Origin: Candidatus Nomurabacteria bacterium
Lineage (GTDB): Bacteria; Patescibacteriota; Minisyncoccia; Phycocordibacterales; UBA9973
DNA length: 64,000 nt
Assembly: GCA_016699085.1 (NCBI GenBank)
Contig: CP064958.1
Coordinates: forward strand, 732,619-796,618
Direction of reading: 5' to 3'
Positions 19,826 through 29,347 of this stretch are shown in pieces. A model generated the notes under the pieces. That model saw only the letters and a program-made list of their open reading frames with translations, ran no database searches and was not told the DNA's origin. A program made the position numbers and the translations under genes. Within the stretch, counting starts at the first letter, position 1. Every line of letters starts with the position of its first letter.

Positions 19826-20335
19826 TTAGTGCATATATTCTCTCACCTCAGTCGCACCAGTTTTCATAAAAATATCCTTCGTTCTTAGATTTGATCGAGT
19901 GATGACGAGAATATCTCCTGCTCTGACTAAATCCTCATACAGTTTGGCATCATCATCTGATACACCGAGGCCACCCAATGCTCCGATAAATCCGCCTGCT
20001 GCGGCACCGGTAGCAGCCCCTGCGACGGTCGTAGCAGCTGCACCAGTAAATCCCAGTGCTGCAGCGAGTGGTCCCGCAACAAACAAAGTTCCGAGTCCTG
20101 GTAATATACCATTTGCGACTACAAGTCCTGCAATCGCTCCGACAACAGCACCTGTCGTTGCGCCAACAGCTGCACCAGCACCAACTTTGTTACCTGTTGT
20201 CGCATTCGTTATTTCTCCATCTTTGTTGATATAGACATATGATAGGTCTGCATCACTAATGCCAAAACCTTTAAATTCTTGAATTGCGTCTTCTGCTTGT
20301 TTATGTGTTGTAAAAACTCCAAGTGTTGTGTTCAT
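19826..20335 (-). CDS. general-stress-protein-17M (YflT)-like domain protein with Gly/Ala-rich membrane segment
   Basis: N-terminal VFTTHKQAEDAIQEFKGFGISDADLSYV; long GxxxG-rich hydrophobic tract. Confidence 0.55.
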   Translation of the reverse strand: MNTTLGVFTTHKQAEDAIQEFKGFGISDADLSYVYINKDGEITNATTGNKVGAGAAVGATTGAVVGAIAGLVVANGILPGLGTLFVAGPLAAALGFTGAAATTVAGAATGAAAGGFIGALGGLGVSDDDAKLYEDLVRAGDILVITRSNLRTKDIFMKTGATEVREYMH

Positions 20336-20473
20336 AAAATATATTTTAATTAGGAATAATCTACTCGACTCTTACGATAGTCTAACGAAGTGGATTACAA
20401 AGTGTGATGCAATACATCTATCTCAATATAAAATAAAAACTTCTCTAAAAATTAGAGAAGTTTTTATTTTATA

Positions 20474-21703
20474 TTATCCGATGAATGTCAGTGCTTTGCC
20501 TCGCTTGCCTGCGCGTCCAGTACGACCGATACGATGAATATAGTCATCATAGGTAGCTGGGATTTCATAATTAATCACATGTGACACATCAGCAATATCG
20601 AGTCCTCGTGCTGCTACGTCTGTAGCGACTAATATTTGAATGGTATTGTTTTTAAATTGTCCCAATGCTCGCTGGCGGTTACTTTGCGTTTTGTTGCCAT
20701 GGATTGATTCTGCCTTGAAACCTTTTAGAGCCAAGTCTTTCGTCAATCGCTCAACGCCGTGTTTCGTGCGGCCGAAAATGAGAACCTTTTTGAATTCAGG
20801 ATTAGCGAGCAAGTCTTGCAACACATCCATTTTGGAATTGCTGCCTCCAACTCGAACAACATCTTGATCAACTTGCTTTGATGTATCACGAGTTTTCACT
20901 GATATGCGGATCGGTGATTTCAGGAATTCAGTAATCAAGACTTCGATTGCATGTGACAGTGTCGCTGAGAAGAAAAGTGAATGATGCTCTTTGGGCATAC
21001 CAGCTACGACAAATCGCATATCAGCCACAAATCCCATATCAAGCATACGGTCTGCTTCATCGAGCACTATAGTGTTAAAGTCACGCAAGAAAAGCGCTTT
21101 ACGCATAAGGAGATCTTTGATTCGTCCCGGTGTACCGATGATGAAATTATTCTCATACCGTAGATCACGAATCTGCTTGCCAATACCTGCACCCCCAACA
21201 CAGCAAACAGAAAAAATTTTCATTCGCTTGGTAAACGTTCGGAGCTCATCATCGATCTGCACTGCAAGTTCGCGTGTCGGCACCAAGATTAAGATTTTCT
21301 CTTTGCGATTCAAGAGCACTTTGTTGATAAGCGGGATTAAGAATGCCGCAGTCTTACCTGTACCAGTATTCGCAATACCCACGAGATCGTGTCCTTTCAA
21401 TATATAGGGGATCGTTCGATCTTGGATTGGCGAAGGGTGTACGTAACCTTTGACTTTGATAGCCTCTTTGAGTGTGTCGGTAATGAGGAAATCAGAAAAT
21501 GCGTGCTCAGGCACGAAATGATCTGTTTCTTCTGTTATGACTGCTTTGTTGATAAATCTAGATATATCAATGCGTTCACCACCGCGGCCACCGCCTCTGT
21601 TGCCACCTCTCCCGCTTGGGCGATGACTTCCACCAGAACGAAATGCTGGACGTGAACTAGAAGAACTGCGGGGTCCTTCCCTTCTAAAACTTTTGTTTTG
21701 CAT
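20474..21703 (-). CDS. DEAD-box ATP-dependent RNA helicase with N-terminal RGG-rich tail
   Basis: Q-motif; GTGKTAAF (motif I); VLDEADRM (DEAD); SAT; HRIGRTGRAG (motif VI); N-terminal RPSGRGGNRGGGRGG. Confidence 0.9.
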   Translation of the reverse strand: MQNKSFRREGPRSSSSSRPAFRSGGSHRPSGRGGNRGGGRGGERIDISRFINKAVITEETDHFVPEHAFSDFLITDTLKEAIKVKGYVHPSPIQDRTIPYILKGHDLVGIANTGTGKTAAFLIPLINKVLLNRKEKILILVPTRELAVQIDDELRTFTKRMKIFSVCCVGGAGIGKQIRDLRYENNFIIGTPGRIKDLLMRKALFLRDFNTIVLDEADRMLDMGFVADMRFVVAGMPKEHHSLFFSATLSHAIEVLITEFLKSPIRISVKTRDTSKQVDQDVVRVGGSNSKMDVLQDLLANPEFKKVLIFGRTKHGVERLTKDLALKGFKAESIHGNKTQSNRQRALGQFKNNTIQILVATDVAARGLDIADVSHVINYEIPATYDDYIHRIGRTGRAGKRGKALTFIG

Positions 21704-21908
21704 AATAATTTTTGAGCGTAGTGCTCTATAACTGTGTAGTCTTTACAATAAAATTTGGCGACTAAGTGTCTCGCCAGTTCGTTTGCCTTAAGAGGCAATG
21801 TTCATCAAACCAATGAGAGTAGTTATAAATCTAGTATATATAAAAAAATAATTTTGTCAATAGAGTATGTTCCGATTTATCCCCTAAGTTTTAAAGTAAA
21901 ATTTACTA

Positions 21909-21927
21909 CTGCGGAGGCGGTGAGATT
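21909..21927 (-). repeat. direct repeat of the tRNA-Ser 3' terminus (ctgcggaggcggtgagatt)
   Basis: 19/19 identical to 22078..22096, which covers the 3' end of tRNA-Ser; about 150 bp separate the copies. Confidence 0.75.
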
Positions 21928-22080
21928 AGCCTCCGACTAAGATTTTGTAGTCACAAAAAAACTTGTCTAGGCGCCAGCTCGAAAAATGTTCTATTGAACA
22001 TTTTAACTCCGCTGTTCAAATCCCAACAGAAACTATCCCATAGTTTCTTCCTCAAATTTCATACCTGGAATTTGCTCCTG

Positions 22081-22167
22081 CGGAGGCGGTGAGATTTGAA
22101 CTCACGATACCCTTTCGGATATGCCGCTTTTCGAGAGCGGTGCCTTCAACCACTCAGCCACGCCTCC
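22081..22167 (-). tRNA. tRNA-Ser(CGA), long variable arm
   Basis: Manual fold of the minus strand: acceptor GGAGGCG/CGCCTCC, D-arm TGGCTGAGTGGTTGAAGGCA, anticodon stem CCGCT/AGCGG, loop CTCGAAA (anticodon CGA), extra arm, T-loop GTTCAAATC. Confidence 0.8.
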
Positions 22168-22192
22168 GTATATTTCGCTTTGCTCAAACGGA

Positions 22193-22274
22193 GGTCATTT
22201 TCGTGCCTGAATGGTTGTCCTCCTTCGGAGTAAAAGTAAAGCAGTTTACTTTTACTCCACTCAGCCACGCCTCC
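22193..22274 (-). pseudogene. tRNA-Ser-like partial copy (5' acceptor and D-stem intact, body replaced by a 14-bp hairpin)
   Basis: ccactcagccacgcctccgtatat (22257..22280) duplicates 22150..22173. Internal hairpin ggagtaaaagtaaa-gcag-tttacttttactcc at 22227..22258; no T-arm. Confidence 0.6.
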
Positions 22275-22361
22275 GTATATATTTTCAAATTATAAAAAAA
22301 ATGGTATAGTGTTTGCGTTTTTAGATTTACTTAAAAACGTCTAAGAACTATAAACCATTTT

Positions 22362-22417
22362 GGCCCTATCGTCTAACGCAAGTTAGAATATAGCGACGCC
22401 GGCTTTTGAAAAGCCTA
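22362..22417 (+). pseudogene. tRNA-Glu-like 5' fragment
   Basis: catttggccctatcgtctaacg and gacgccggctttt are shared with the intact tRNA-Glu 100 bp downstream; D-loop disrupted, no T-arm. Confidence 0.6.
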
Positions 22418-22460
22418 GCAAAAAATATTTGTTAATTTAATACATATAGTTTATTCATTT

Positions 22461-22532
22461 GGCCCTATCGTCTAACGGTTAGGACGCCGGCTTTTCAAGC
22501 CGTTAATCCGGGTTCGATTCCCGGTAGGGTCA
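22461..22532 (+). tRNA. tRNA-Glu(TTC)
   Basis: GGCCCTATCGTCTAACGGTTAGGAC... bacterial tRNA-Glu-type body; anticodon loop TTTTCAA; T-arm CCGGGTTCGATTCCCGG. Confidence 0.8.
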
Positions 22533-22629
22533 CAACTTGTGATAAATAACAAATCCGTATCAGAGATTTACTCTATTTCGTACTTAGAATCACTAACATT
22601 TTAGTAACTCGAATGTTACACTTTTAAAT

Positions 22630-23223
22630 ATGGACTATAAAGTAGTTATCAGCATTATCGCTGTAGCGCTATCGTTTGTCGGATATGGTATTTACATACG
22701 AGACATTCTTCGGAGAAAGACAGTTCCTCATGCATTCACTTTTCTTATTTGGAGTATTGCAAGTTCAGTAACATGGGCTTTGCAAGTATCAGGTGGGGCA
22801 GGAGTGGGTGCATGGATTACATTTGCTGTCTCGGCAATCTGTATCTTTATATTCTTCCTTTCGCTCAAATATGGAGAAAAAAAGATAACTAAACTAGATA
22901 TTATTTTTCTACTGGTTTCTCTCATTGCCCTTGGACTATGGCTTTTAGCAAAGCAGCCTGTATGGTCAATGATTCTTCTTGTTGCGACAGACGTATCAGG
23001 GTTTGGTCCAACGATTAGAAAATCCTGGAACAAGCCATTTCAAGAAAACTTATTTACGTGGGAACTTACGGCTTTTCGCCATGCATTGGGAATTATTGCC
23101 CTAGAGAAATTTAATATTCTGACACTACTCTATCCTATTACCTGGGTAATTGTAAATACACTCTTTAGTATCTTTTTGATTGTTCGCCGAAGACAGGTGA
23201 ATAAATCTATGATTCAAAAGTAA
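22630..23223 (+). CDS. integral membrane protein (about 6 TM), unknown function
   Basis: ORF track; hydrophobicity pattern. Confidence 0.45.
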   Translation: MDYKVVISIIAVALSFVGYGIYIRDILRRKTVPHAFTFLIWSIASSVTWALQVSGGAGVGAWITFAVSAICIFIFFLSLKYGEKKITKLDIIFLLVSLIALGLWLLAKQPVWSMILLVATDVSGFGPTIRKSWNKPFQENLFTWELTAFRHALGIIALEKFNILTLLYPITWVIVNTLFSIFLIVRRRQVNKSMIQK

Positions 23224-23455
23224 CTAAAAAACACCACGGAATAGTTAGGTGTGAGAGGGGGATTACCGAAAGTCGAAAGTCTCTAAAAAGGAGGTGACAA
23301 AGTTTTTAAATCCTCTATACTACTGAGTATCGAATTGTGATTATTAACGGCTTCTGAAATCCATGCAACGAGTTCACAATTTGAAACTTACAATTCGATA
23401 GAAAAAGAAAAGTACCCTTTTAGTAAGGATACTTTTTGTTTGTGATCTGTTAAAA

Positions 23456-24088
23456 TTATTTTAAATACATATTTGGCTTAGGCCCATATTCTACAACGAG
23501 CATGTCCTGATCTTTTTTCTCGTCAGTAAAATATCTGAATCCATTGTTCCAGGCTTCTTTTTCAATACGTTTGTCAAAATTAAAAACAATGTCATGTATA
23601 TTGTCTGAGTGCGAAAAAACTACTAATCGTTCTGCTCCAGCGGTAACTCGCATTCTCATTGCCTGAATTAAATCCTCAATAAATGCTGAAGAAGTAGCAG
23701 ACATACCTAATTTACTTTTATTCGGCGGCACATGTCCGTTCTTTGCACCTAATTCGATGAGGCAATTCCTATGCATTTCTCTGGCATAGGTATTGTTGGT
23801 ATCTACGAACATTGTGTTCGTCATACTAATGCCTTTGTCTTTTAATTTCTCCACAATAATCTGTCCCCTGGTCCGCCGTTCACATGAACTGTGGACAATA
23901 CAAAGCAATGAAAGATTGGCAAGTAACGAATCTTTCTTTGGCACTAATGCCTTGTTATTTCCTCTGAAATTTGAGATTACATCGAAGCCACCGCTTTTAT
24001 GCGAAGCAGTCGTACCTCTTATTGATTTGGACATACGTATTTGATTTGTTTTTTTGTGAAATGAACAAGTACTCGAAAATACTACCAC
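23456..24088 (-). CDS. hypothetical protein (210 aa)
   Basis: ORF track; no confident family. Confidence 0.4.
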   Translation of the reverse strand: MVVFSSTCSFHKKTNQIRMSKSIRGTTASHKSGGFDVISNFRGNNKALVPKKDSLLANLSLLCIVHSSCERRTRGQIIVEKLKDKGISMTNTMFVDTNNTYAREMHRNCLIELGAKNGHVPPNKSKLGMSATSSAFIEDLIQAMRMRVTAGAERLVVFSHSDNIHDIVFNFDKRIEKEAWNNGFRYFTDEKKDQDMLVVEYGPKPNMYLK

Positions 24089-24140
24089 ACTTAATCAAAT
24101 AAGCAATAATTTGAATTTTAGTGTCATGACGTGTAAGATA

Positions 24141-24296
24141 CTGATATATTTGCGTGATTAGCTGATTTGGTAGGCATCGAAGTGAAGCGGCCTTAAAATT
24201 TTGAATGCATTAGTATTGTATTGAGCAGTTAGCTGTCTTGGTAGGTATCGAAGTTATGTAGCCTTTAAAATTTTTAATATAGTAGAGATTGTATTG
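24141..24296 (+). repeat. two degenerate tandem copies (about 75 nt each) of the tRNA-Val leader plus 5' D-arm region
   Basis: gttagctgatttggtagg, gttagctgtcttggtagg and gttagctcagttggtagag (genuine tRNA) recur with matching upstream tgtattg(a/c)gc context. Confidence 0.6.
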
Positions 24297-24369
24297 CGCG
24301 GTTAGCTCAGTTGGTAGAGCGACCCCTTGACGTGGGGTAGGCCAGGGGTTCGAATCCCTTATCGCGCAC
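24297..24369 (+). tRNA. tRNA-Val(GAC)
   Basis: Acceptor GCGCGGT/ATCGCGC, D-arm GCTCAGTTGGTAGAGC, anticodon stem ACCCC/GGGGT with loop TTGACGT, T-loop TTCGAAT, discriminator A. Confidence 0.85.
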
Positions 24370-24479
24370 CGTGAGCTTTGCGAACGAGCGATAGCATATG
24401 AACTGCTTCATATGCGTAAGGGATTCGAAAGACTTTTCGTTATGCAAAGCATCGAAAAGTACCTGGCGATGTAATCGCC

Positions 24480-24498
24480 GAATCCCTTATCGCGCACA
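24480..24498 (+). repeat. direct repeat of the tRNA-Val 3' terminus (cgaatcccttatcgcgcac)
   Basis: 19/19 identical to 24352..24370; closes a 109-bp insert containing the hairpin catatgaa-ctgc-ttcatatg (24396..24415) and an inverted copy of the T-loop. Confidence 0.75.
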
Positions 24499-24534
24499 AA
24501 AAAGACCCCTAACGAGGTCCTATAGTTTTCAAAT

Positions 24535-25101
24535 TTAATTTTCTAAAAAGGTTTCAGCGAGCCTTGTTGCCTCCTGAATTGCATCGTTTAAATTCTTATT
24601 GACAATAATATAGTCAAAATCATCTTGTGCTTCAAGTTCGATCTCAGCCTTTGCAATTCTGGTTGCAATTGAATCTTCCTTATCGCCACGATGACGAAGC
24701 CTTTCTTCTAATATTGGTATTTCAGGCTTAGGTGGTTTGATAAAAAGTGACAGTGCGTTGTCGCCAAATCGTTTTTTAATATTCTTGGCACCGCGCGTAT
24801 CAACATCAAAAAGAGTCACTTTATTTTCCCTTGCGATGCGCTCAATTTCAGAATTCAATGTGCCATAGAATAGCCCATCATATACTTCTTCCCATTCAAG
24901 GAAAGCATTGTCAATAATGTTTTGCTTAAACTTTTCTTTTGTGAAAAAGTGGTAATCTTTGCCATCTATTTCCATCGGACGCTTTGGACGGGTACAGGCA
25001 GAAATCGAAAATGAAAGTATTGGAAAAGTTTCCAATAGAGCATTTGCAATAGTTGTTTTGCCCGCACCTGATGGTGCTGTAACTATAATTACCTTACTCA
25101 T
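24535..25101 (-). CDS. gmk: guanylate kinase
   Basis: P-loop SGAGKTT plus guanylate-kinase-type fold motifs. Start set at MSKVIIVT (ATG 25101-25099); the longest ORF extends to 25179. Confidence 0.8.
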   Translation of the reverse strand: MSKVIIVTAPSGAGKTTIANALLETFPILSFSISACTRPKRPMEIDGKDYHFFTKEKFKQNIIDNAFLEWEEVYDGLFYGTLNSEIERIARENKVTLFDVDTRGAKNIKKRFGDNALSLFIKPPKPEIPILEERLRHRGDKEDSIATRIAKAEIELEAQDDFDYIIVNKNLNDAIQEATRLAETFLEN

Positions 25102-25304
25102 TGTGACAGAGTTTGTTTCCGTCACTCTAGCACATTTTATAAAATAGTCAAAAATAGCAATTTCTGGTAGAATCGCCATATGCGAATACTATCTATCGAA
25201 ACTAGTTGCGATCCCAAACTACGGAAGCATATCGAATACACATACTTCCAAGTACGGGACTAGAAGAGGTAGATTAGCTTTTAATTCTTGTTATATCTTT
25301 TATT

Positions 25305-26492
25305 ATGAAAATCCTATCTATTGAGACCAGTTGCGATGAGACGGCACTGTCCATCGTCGAGGCATCTGGTGGATCAACAAAACCCAAATTCAAAATCTTA
25401 GCGAACAATGTCGCTTCACAGGTTAAGCTTCATGCGAAATATGGCGGTGTCTTCCCTATGATGGCCAAACGTGAGCACAGCAAGAATCTTGTGCCTCTGT
25501 TTATAAAAACATTAGAGGAGGCAAGGTTAGCAAAAAAAAGTACGACTGCCTTTAGTCAAAAACAAGTTACGGATTTAGAACTTATGCTTGACCGTGAACC
25601 AGAACTCAAAAAAATATTTCTAAAAACAATATACAAAATCAAAAAGCCAAACATTGACCTTATAGCCGTGACCACGGGTCCAGGGCTCGAACCAACACTC
25701 TGGGTCGGCATCAACTTCGCGCGAGCACTTGCAACGTTATGGGGTATTCCAGTTATTGGCGTCAATCATATGGAAGGCCATATTTTTTCCGTGTTTCCAA
25801 AAAGCAATAAAGAAACTTTTACGATTGATACCAAACTTTTCCCTAGTATTTCCCTCTTGGTCTCAGGTGGTCATACAGAGCTCGTCTATATTAAAAATTG
25901 GCTACACTACGACATCATCGGACAGACGAGAGATGATGCTGTGGGTGAAGCCTTTGATAAAGTCGCGCGTTTGCTCGGTCTACCATATCCAGGTGGCCCA
26001 ATGATATCCAGACTTGCCAAAGAAGCTCGTGATAAAAAAATAGTGAGTACGTTTACTTTCCCTCGTCCTATGATCCATAGCAAGGATTATGATTTCTCTT
26101 TTTCTGGACTCAAGACGGCAGTCCTCTACTTTATCCAAGGCCACAGTAGTAATCCAAATGGTAGAAAAAAAATTATAATACCCCTAAAACTAAAGCGAGA
26201 AATTGCCCGCGCATTTGAAGATGCGGCAGTTCATGTCCTCGTTAGTAAAACATTGCGAGCGATACAAACATACAAAGCGAAATCACTTATCGTTGGTGGA
26301 GGCGTCGCAGCTAACCAAGAAATCAGGAAAGTGCTAAGCGAGCTATCTCCTGTGCCTATTTATTTCCCTACCCGAGAACTTTCCACCGATAACTCTCTCA
26401 TGATCGCCATCGCAGGCTACATGCAGTGGCAGAAAAAGAAAAAGGGTGTTCAATTGAACACCCTCATTGCCAACGGCAATCTTACATTATAA
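25305..26492 (+). CDS. tsaD: tRNA N6-adenosine threonylcarbamoyltransferase TsaD/Kae1 family
   Basis: ILSIETSCDETALSIV N-terminus and ASKH-fold motifs; contains a low-complexity insertion. Confidence 0.9.
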   Translation: MKILSIETSCDETALSIVEASGGSTKPKFKILANNVASQVKLHAKYGGVFPMMAKREHSKNLVPLFIKTLEEARLAKKSTTAFSQKQVTDLELMLDREPELKKIFLKTIYKIKKPNIDLIAVTTGPGLEPTLWVGINFARALATLWGIPVIGVNHMEGHIFSVFPKSNKETFTIDTKLFPSISLLVSGGHTELVYIKNWLHYDIIGQTRDDAVGEAFDKVARLLGLPYPGGPMISRLAKEARDKKIVSTFTFPRPMIHSKDYDFSFSGLKTAVLYFIQGHSSNPNGRKKIIIPLKLKREIARAFEDAAVHVLVSKTLRAIQTYKAKSLIVGGGVAANQEIRKVLSELSPVPIYFPTRELSTDNSLMIAIAGYMQWQKKKKGVQLNTLIANGNLTL

Positions 26493-26496
26493 ATTT

Positions 26497-27072
26497 TCAT
26501 TTTTTAAAACCAATCGTTTCTAGCCATAAGTCAATTTCTGCGTGAAGTTTTTCCAAATTTCCATCATTCATAAAAATCTTCTCAGCTTTTGCTAAACAAA
26601 GTGGGATATTCATATCCCAAAGCTCAGTACCGATAGATTCCCGTTCTTCGTCAGAGAGAAATCTTTCGAACGTAACACTATCAGTTGCACTTTTGCGATC
26701 CATTGCTCTTTTGTAGCGAATATGAGGATCCGCGTCTATGCCAATAAAGTGTGTATCTGGTTTATTTATAATAAAACTTGTTTCTGCAGGACAACGAAGT
26801 GATTCAATCACAGCATTATTGCCGTATGCCAAAGCTCGCTCGTATAACGTGCGAATATTATAGTCTGGTCCATATGTTTGGCGGAGTTCATTCGCAACAA
26901 GCCTCATAGAGTCTCGGTTCACGATAAGTCCTCGCTTATTAATTTCTTCAACAAAAAATTCACGAGCGGAGAAATGTTTAAAGCCAAGTGAAACTAAGTA
27001 ATCAGCTACGGTGCCTTTGCCAGCACCATTTGTTTCTGCAATCGCGACAATCATACTGTCATCATTCCACAA
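26497..27072 (-). CDS. P-loop nucleotide kinase-like protein
   Basis: Walker A ETNGAGKGT; small size; family uncertain. Confidence 0.45.
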   Translation of the reverse strand: MWNDDSMIVAIAETNGAGKGTVADYLVSLGFKHFSAREFFVEEINKRGLIVNRDSMRLVANELRQTYGPDYNIRTLYERALAYGNNAVIESLRCPAETSFIINKPDTHFIGIDADPHIRYKRAMDRKSATDSVTFERFLSDEERESIGTELWDMNIPLCLAKAEKIFMNDGNLEKLHAEIDLWLETIGFKK

Positions 27073-27130
27073 CAGAGAGCATATGGCAACTAATTCTTGG
27101 CGAACGTGATAAAAATGTTATATTGTAAGA

Positions 27131-29347
27131 ATGCAACCCGAAAATACAATCCCTGAAAAGCTACTGAAGCCCTACGATCCGACCGATACAGAAAAGCGCA
27201 TCTACGCCCTCTGGCAAGAGAGCGGCTTTTTTAATCCAGAGACGTGTATATCACAAGGTGTTACAAAGTCTGATGCTAAACCATTTACCATAATGATGCC
27301 ACCCCCAAATGCCACAGGTGTGCTCCATATGGGTCACGCGCTATTTCTTACCGTAGAAGACATTATGATTCGCTACAAGCGTATGCAAGGATTTAGGACG
27401 CTTTGGCTACCTGGCACTGACCATGCAGCTATTGCTACGCAGTCAAAAGTTGAAGGCATTATCAAAAAAGAAGAAGGTAAATCGAGACATGACCTAGGTC
27501 GTGATGAACTATTGAAACGCATTGATGCTTTTGTCGAAGACAATAGAAAAACAATGACGTCTCAGATGCGGATTATGGGCGCATCATGTGATTGGTCACG
27601 GGAAGCATTTACTCTGGATGAAAAGAGGAACTTGGCGGTCAATACATTATTCAAACAAATGTATGATGATGAACTCATTTATCGTGGCAACCGCATCGTC
27701 AATTGGGATCCCAAAGGTCAGACAACGATCGCTGATGATGAAATCGTCTATGAGGAGCGCAAAGCTAAATTGTATACATTCAAATATAGCAAAGACTTCC
27801 CTATTTCTATCTCAACAACTCGTCCTGAAACCAAAGTCGGTGATGTTGCTGTCGCTGTTCATCCCGACGACGCTCGATATAAAGAATTTGTCGGCAAAGA
27901 GTATGACTTAGAATTTTGTGGCGTACCGCTTCATATCAAAATCATTGCTGATGCATCAGTAGATAAAGAATTCGGCACTGGAGCACTTGGTGTGACACCG
28001 GCACATTCAATGATCGACTGGGAAATTGCAGAACGTCATGATTTGCCCCATCCACAAGTCATCAATGAGTATGCCAAGATGATGATCGGTGACGAGCGAA
28101 TACTCAACAAGAAAGCAACAGAGGCTCGAGAAGTTATCGTCGAATGGCTCCACACAGAAGGATTGCTAGAAAAAGAAGAGGAGGTAACCCAAAATATTAG
28201 CACTGCAGAACGCACCGGTGGCATTATTGAGCCATTACCAAAACTCCAATGGTTCGTCGCTGTTAATAAAGAATTCATATTGTCAGAATCTACAATTGCC
28301 GGCATTCCATCTGGATCAAAAACGACACTCAAAGACATCATGCGAAAGACTGTTGAGAACAATCAGATCAGAATTATTCCAGATTATTTTAGTAAGACGT
28401 ATTTCCACTGGATCGATAACCTTCGTGATTGGTGTATATCACGACAAATTTGGTACGGTCATCGAATCCCTGTTTGGTATAAAGATAATCAAATATATTG
28501 CGGCACTGAAACACCAGAAGGTGAAGGATGGGTACAGGATGAAGATACACTCGACACATGGTTCTCATCTGGCAGCTGGACATTTTCAACGCTTGGTTGG
28601 CCAGAAAAAACCAAAGATCTAGAACTGTACCATCCGACCGATGTCCTTGAAACTGCGTACGAGATCCTCTTCTTCTGGGTTGCTCGAATGATTCTCATGA
28701 CTGGATATGCACTCGGCACTGTACCGTTTCATAATATTTATTTGCATGGGCTCGTCCGAGATAATCAAGGCCGGAAGTTTTCTAAGTCCCTCGGGAACGG
28801 GATTGACCCAATCGATGTGGCAAATAAGTTTGGCGCTGATGCAGGCCGCATGGCTCTCATTGTCGGCACTGCACCGGGAACAGATAGTAAAATCGATGAA
28901 AACAAGATAAAGGGCTACAAAAATTTTGCTAACAAACTTTGGAATATTACACGGTTTGTACTTTCCAATAATTCAAATGTAAACGCTCATACTATCTATA
29001 CAGAAGCTGATCAAAAAGTAGCTCAAGAGTTTCAAGCTACCATTGCCGACATCACCAGAGACCTGGATGAGTACCGCTTCCACTTAGGATCAGAAAAAAT
29101 CTATCACTACATCTGGCATGCATTTGCTGATAAAATTATTGAGGAAAGCAAACTCATACTCAGTGGATCAGATGAACAGGCAAAAACATCACGCCAAAAA
29201 TTGCTCTTAGAAATTCTTTCGACGAGTCTTACTATTCTTCATCCATTTATGCCCTTCGTCACAGAAGAAATCTGGAGTATGATACCTAGGAGCGATAAAA
29301 CACTTCTCATGGTAACCCCATGGCCAACATATACATCGAATGGATAA
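27131..29347 (+). CDS. valS: valine--tRNA ligase (short form lacking C-terminal coiled-coil)
   Basis: PPPNATGVLHMGHA (ValRS-type HIGH region) and KFSKS (KMSKS); 738 aa. Confidence 0.85.
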   Translation: MQPENTIPEKLLKPYDPTDTEKRIYALWQESGFFNPETCISQGVTKSDAKPFTIMMPPPNATGVLHMGHALFLTVEDIMIRYKRMQGFRTLWLPGTDHAAIATQSKVEGIIKKEEGKSRHDLGRDELLKRIDAFVEDNRKTMTSQMRIMGASCDWSREAFTLDEKRNLAVNTLFKQMYDDELIYRGNRIVNWDPKGQTTIADDEIVYEERKAKLYTFKYSKDFPISISTTRPETKVGDVAVAVHPDDARYKEFVGKEYDLEFCGVPLHIKIIADASVDKEFGTGALGVTPAHSMIDWEIAERHDLPHPQVINEYAKMMIGDERILNKKATEAREVIVEWLHTEGLLEKEEEVTQNISTAERTGGIIEPLPKLQWFVAVNKEFILSESTIAGIPSGSKTTLKDIMRKTVENNQIRIIPDYFSKTYFHWIDNLRDWCISRQIWYGHRIPVWYKDNQIYCGTETPEGEGWVQDEDTLDTWFSSGSWTFSTLGWPEKTKDLELYHPTDVLETAYEILFFWVARMILMTGYALGTVPFHNIYLHGLVRDNQGRKFSKSLGNGIDPIDVANKFGADAGRMALIVGTAPGTDSKIDENKIKGYKNFANKLWNITRFVLSNNSNVNAHTIYTEADQKVAQEFQATIADITRDLDEYRFHLGSEKIYHYIWHAFADKIIEESKLILSGSDEQAKTSRQKLLLEILSTSLTILHPFMPFVTEEIWSMIPRSDKTLLMVTPWPTYTSNG

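Noticed and set aside
22089-22295. 68-aa ORF on plus strand
   Set aside because: Lies entirely over tRNA-Ser and its pseudo-copy; spurious.
23456-24088. Possible low-molecular-weight phosphatase/ArsC-like Cys motif (LLCIVHSSCERRTRG)
   Set aside because: Does not fit the CX5R P-loop spacing; left as hypothetical.
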